Source of the DNA: Felis catus
Lineage: Eukaryota
NCBI RefSeq assembly: GCF_018350175.1
Contig: NC_058368.1
Coordinates: forward strand, 120,530,001 to 120,594,000
Length of the DNA stretch: 64,000 nt
Reading direction: 5' to 3'
The notes under the pieces are model-generated. The model searched no databases. It saw only the letters and a list, made by a program, of their open reading frames with translations, and was not told the origin of the DNA. This document shows, one piece after another, positions 61,001 through 64,000 of the stretch. Every line of letters starts with the position of its first letter. The first letter of the stretch is position 1. A program made the position numbers and the translations under genes.

Positions 61001-61609
61001 TTGGGGAAAAATTTTTAAGTTTGATCTTTTATCTGGTGAGTCTGAAGACTTGACACATCCAAGTAGAGATATGTTAGTCTTTGTTATTTCTATGCTGCTT
61101 AATTACAAAAACTAACTTGAAGCTACTTACAAGCTACAAATTTATAAGTCCTTTATAACTTCAGTAGATGTTTTACATCACTTAATTTCAATAACAACCC
61201 CAAAATATTAACTATACCTCACATTTTGCAGTCACACATTCACTTTCCTGAGGCCTCAGTAGTCAGCTTTACTACTTAAAACTGTAAGAATATTTGGTCA
61301 CAAACCAAGGGAAAGGCATCAGATGAGGTTCTTGGATATAACAAGGAAGATATGGAGTTGACAGTAGAATAGACAAACTTTAAACAGGCAGTTTTAACAG
61401 TGTTGAGTACCATGAAGGAGGAGTTGAGTATGTTGTAGGAATATGCAGTGAGGAAGTTTAGACTCATTAGGGAGATGGGGACATCAGGAAAGGCTTCCTG
61501 GAGAAAGTGATACTTGAACTTAGACCTAAAAAACAAGTATCTTTTCACCATGAGAAAGCATTGGGGTGAGAGGAGAGAAAGGGGTAACCACATCAAAAAT
61601 ACCAGATTG

Positions 61610-61860
61610 CACTCTTATGTGGATCCTGAGAAACTTAACAGAAACCCATGGAGGAGGGGAAGGAAAAAAAAAAAAAAAGAGGTTAGAGTGGGAGAGAGCC
61701 AAAGCATAAGAGACTCTTAAAAACTGAGAACAAACTGAGGGTTGATGGGGGGTGGGAGGGAGGGAAGGGTGGGTGATGGGTATTGAGGAGGGCACCTTTT
61801 GGGATGAGCACTGGGTGTTGTATGGAAACCAATTTGACAATAAATTTCATATATTGAAAA
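61610..61860 (+). mobile_element. 5'-truncated young felid L1 3' end
   Basis: Perfect 15-bp TSD aaaaataccagattg 61595-61609/61861-61875; G-rich 3' UTR. Confidence 0.93.
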
Positions 61861-63159
61861 AAAAATACCAGATTGTATGAAGATTCTCATTCCATAGAAG
61901 ATATGGCATGTCAAGGAACTGAACAGAAGTCAGTGTGACAGAAGCAGAATAAAAATAAACAAATCAAAAGGCATGAATGAAACTAAAGAGGTAGGTGGGG
62001 GCTGGATCATCTCAAGACTTATAGCCATGTAAGGGACTTCAGACTTTTTCCTAAAGATGCGATGGGTGGGGGAAAGTGCAGCAATGAAGTAAATAGTATC
62101 AAACATTTTAGGTAACTCCCTGTATATAGTATATCATAGCTCTTTCTTGCTTTCCAGCTCTTATGAGATATTCTAATTACACATAATAGGTTTAATGGAA
62201 TAGGAAAAAAAGTGGAGAACTACAAATTCCTTGTGGCTATCTATCAATCAATCAATCATGTACCTACCTACCTATCATCTGCAAGTTGCCTCTTTGTTTT
62301 AGGCATTGTTTCGTTTATTGTGCTTTCCAAAGAAATACCTCCAGTCTCTGTGTGGTTTTTGGTGTCTATTTCACTGCCAATCACACTATCCTCTGCTCCA
62401 CTTTCCATGGTTCTTTCTCTACAATATCACCACTTGCAACAAAATTGGTGCTCACTGGACAAGTCCATTTTCATTCCAAAGAAGAAAGTGCATACCTGTT
62501 TGGAAATTTATATCTTTATATTAGCAAATTTGAGTTCTATACTGGCAAATATGGCTTTCAAAATTTGAAAAAGTGCTACATTTCAATCAAATATCTGATG
62601 CAAGTTTACATGTGCCTCACACACAAACATACACGCAGTATATGCCTCATTGTTATACATCGGCCATGTCTAAAATCTCTACAGAGAGTTTTGTCAAAAA
62701 TGTAATCAGCCCAAAGCACACCATCCTGCCTATGACAGGAATTGAGCATGTGTCAGCATGAGCCGTGAGACAATATACAATCACAGTTCAGAAATGAGCA
62801 TTTATGTTATTGAATACTGCAAATGCACAGGCCCCAGATTTCTTTTTTCAATCATGAAAAATCCTACAAAAGTATGCATGTTCAAATAATAGCAGTAGCA
62901 ATATGTTTAAGTTCCAGTTATTTGCATAATTTGCCCTAAGAAAAAATGAGCCCTATGAACTGAAAGCCTCTCCTTATATTTTCTCAAATAGAAACATACT
63001 TATGAATGCCTGTATTCCCTATATTCCCACTCTGAGAAAAAAGAAGACTAATTTTTGACTTGTTTATGTAAGCCGAGAGAACGTGTCTTCTCCATACTTT
63101 GCCACCAACCCCACAAACACAGAAAGAACAGTTGATAAAACAAATGCAAATAGGGGTAT

Positions 63160-63360
63160 CTTTTTAAAACTTTTTTTAAGTTGATGTATTTCCAGACAGA
63201 GCACTCACAAGTTGGAGAGGGGCAGAGAGCAATTGAGAGGGAGACAGGGAATCCCAAGCTGGCTCCGCCCCATCAGTGCAGACCCCCCATGCAGGGCTCT
63301 AAATCTCAAACAGTGAGGTCAAGAGTCAGATGCTTAACTGACTACACCACCCAGGAGCCC
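63160..63360 (-). mobile_element. Can-SINE (older subfamily)
   Basis: rc SINE head at ~63330-63360; flanks aaataggggtat/aaatagggatat. Confidence 0.88.
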
Positions 63361-64000
63361 AAATAGGGATATGTTTCTTGCAGCTTTTGTGAGTATCAAC
63401 GTCAACACAGAAAATCCAAGTTCTATGATTTGATGATTCTAAATAACTTGGGAGAATGTCCTGAAATTATTCTCCTTAGCTTGAAGACTTCTCTCAAAGA
63501 CTCAGCTTCTGAGTCCAAAATGTATCCCTGAGTCTTTTTAGCAGCTTGCAATGCCCTTGCCATCATAGTCACGAACCAAAAGAAAAGGTGAAGGAATTTG
63601 ATCTTTAGTTAACCAAACTGTTAAATTTACTAAAATTGACTTTGTGGATATTTTCAGAGAATCTTTTTTAAGGTTTTTCTTTCAGTCTGGGGTTTTGTTT
63701 TGTTTTTAAATGTAAGGTGACTGAGTCAGACAAATATGGAGGCTCAGAGCAGTACTCTGCTTAAACACAGCTCTTGGAGCCTTTACATTATCGAAAAACA
63801 GATGCAGTGACCATGGAAGAGGGTGAGCATGTGGGGCAGTTTCCACATACATAATAAAGGGGACAGACAGGATCTAACACATGCTGACAGGATGCTGGCA
63901 GGATGATAATGAAAAAGTGTGTTCATCTCTAGTGGACCCTAGACTTATAGTCATACCTATGAATTCCTATCTAAGGAGTAAGCTTAGCATTCTATTGCCA

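Noticed and set aside
61747..61780. G-quadruplex motif
   Set aside because: Standard G-rich tract of the L1 3' UTR, not locus-specific
8088..62927. Multiple octamer (ATGCAAAT) motifs as an enriched cluster
   Set aside because: A handful of hits is about what chance gives in 64 kb of AT-rich DNA

Overview
AT-rich, gene-poor mammalian genomic DNA from a cat-family (Felidae) genome, judged by abundant felid Can-SINEs (SINEC_Fc-like) and felid/carnivore LINE-1 3' ends. Roughly half of the window is decayed LINE-1: two near-full-length, heavily nested copies at about 12.9-22.0 kb and 41.7-50.7 kb, plus large fragments at 0.2-5.8 kb and 53.4-57.6 kb. There are also about 20 Can-SINEs, MaLR/ERV solo LTRs, MIR/L2 relics, hAT MITEs and microsatellites. 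I can support no intact protein-coding gene. Two disabled, intronless retrocopy fragments are recognisable: the TRIP4/ASC-1 C-terminus (minus strand, about 4.43-5.16 kb) and the RNF14/ARA54 C-terminus (plus strand, about 17.64-18.57 kb). The most unusual feature is that both sit inside an L1 in the same orientation as it, replace a piece of it, and lack target-site duplications (TSDs), which suggests L1-mRNA-L1 template-switch chimeras or capture at breaks. Other notable structures are a twin-priming inverted L1, a 44-bp microinversion, an LTR-in-LTR-plus-SINE nest, young SINEs that may be polymorphic, non-B DNA tracts, and repeat-free islands with candidate regulatory or splice motifs. I see no evidence of a novel multi-gene system. 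Repeat family names come from recognition, not from a database search, and boundaries without TSDs are approximate.
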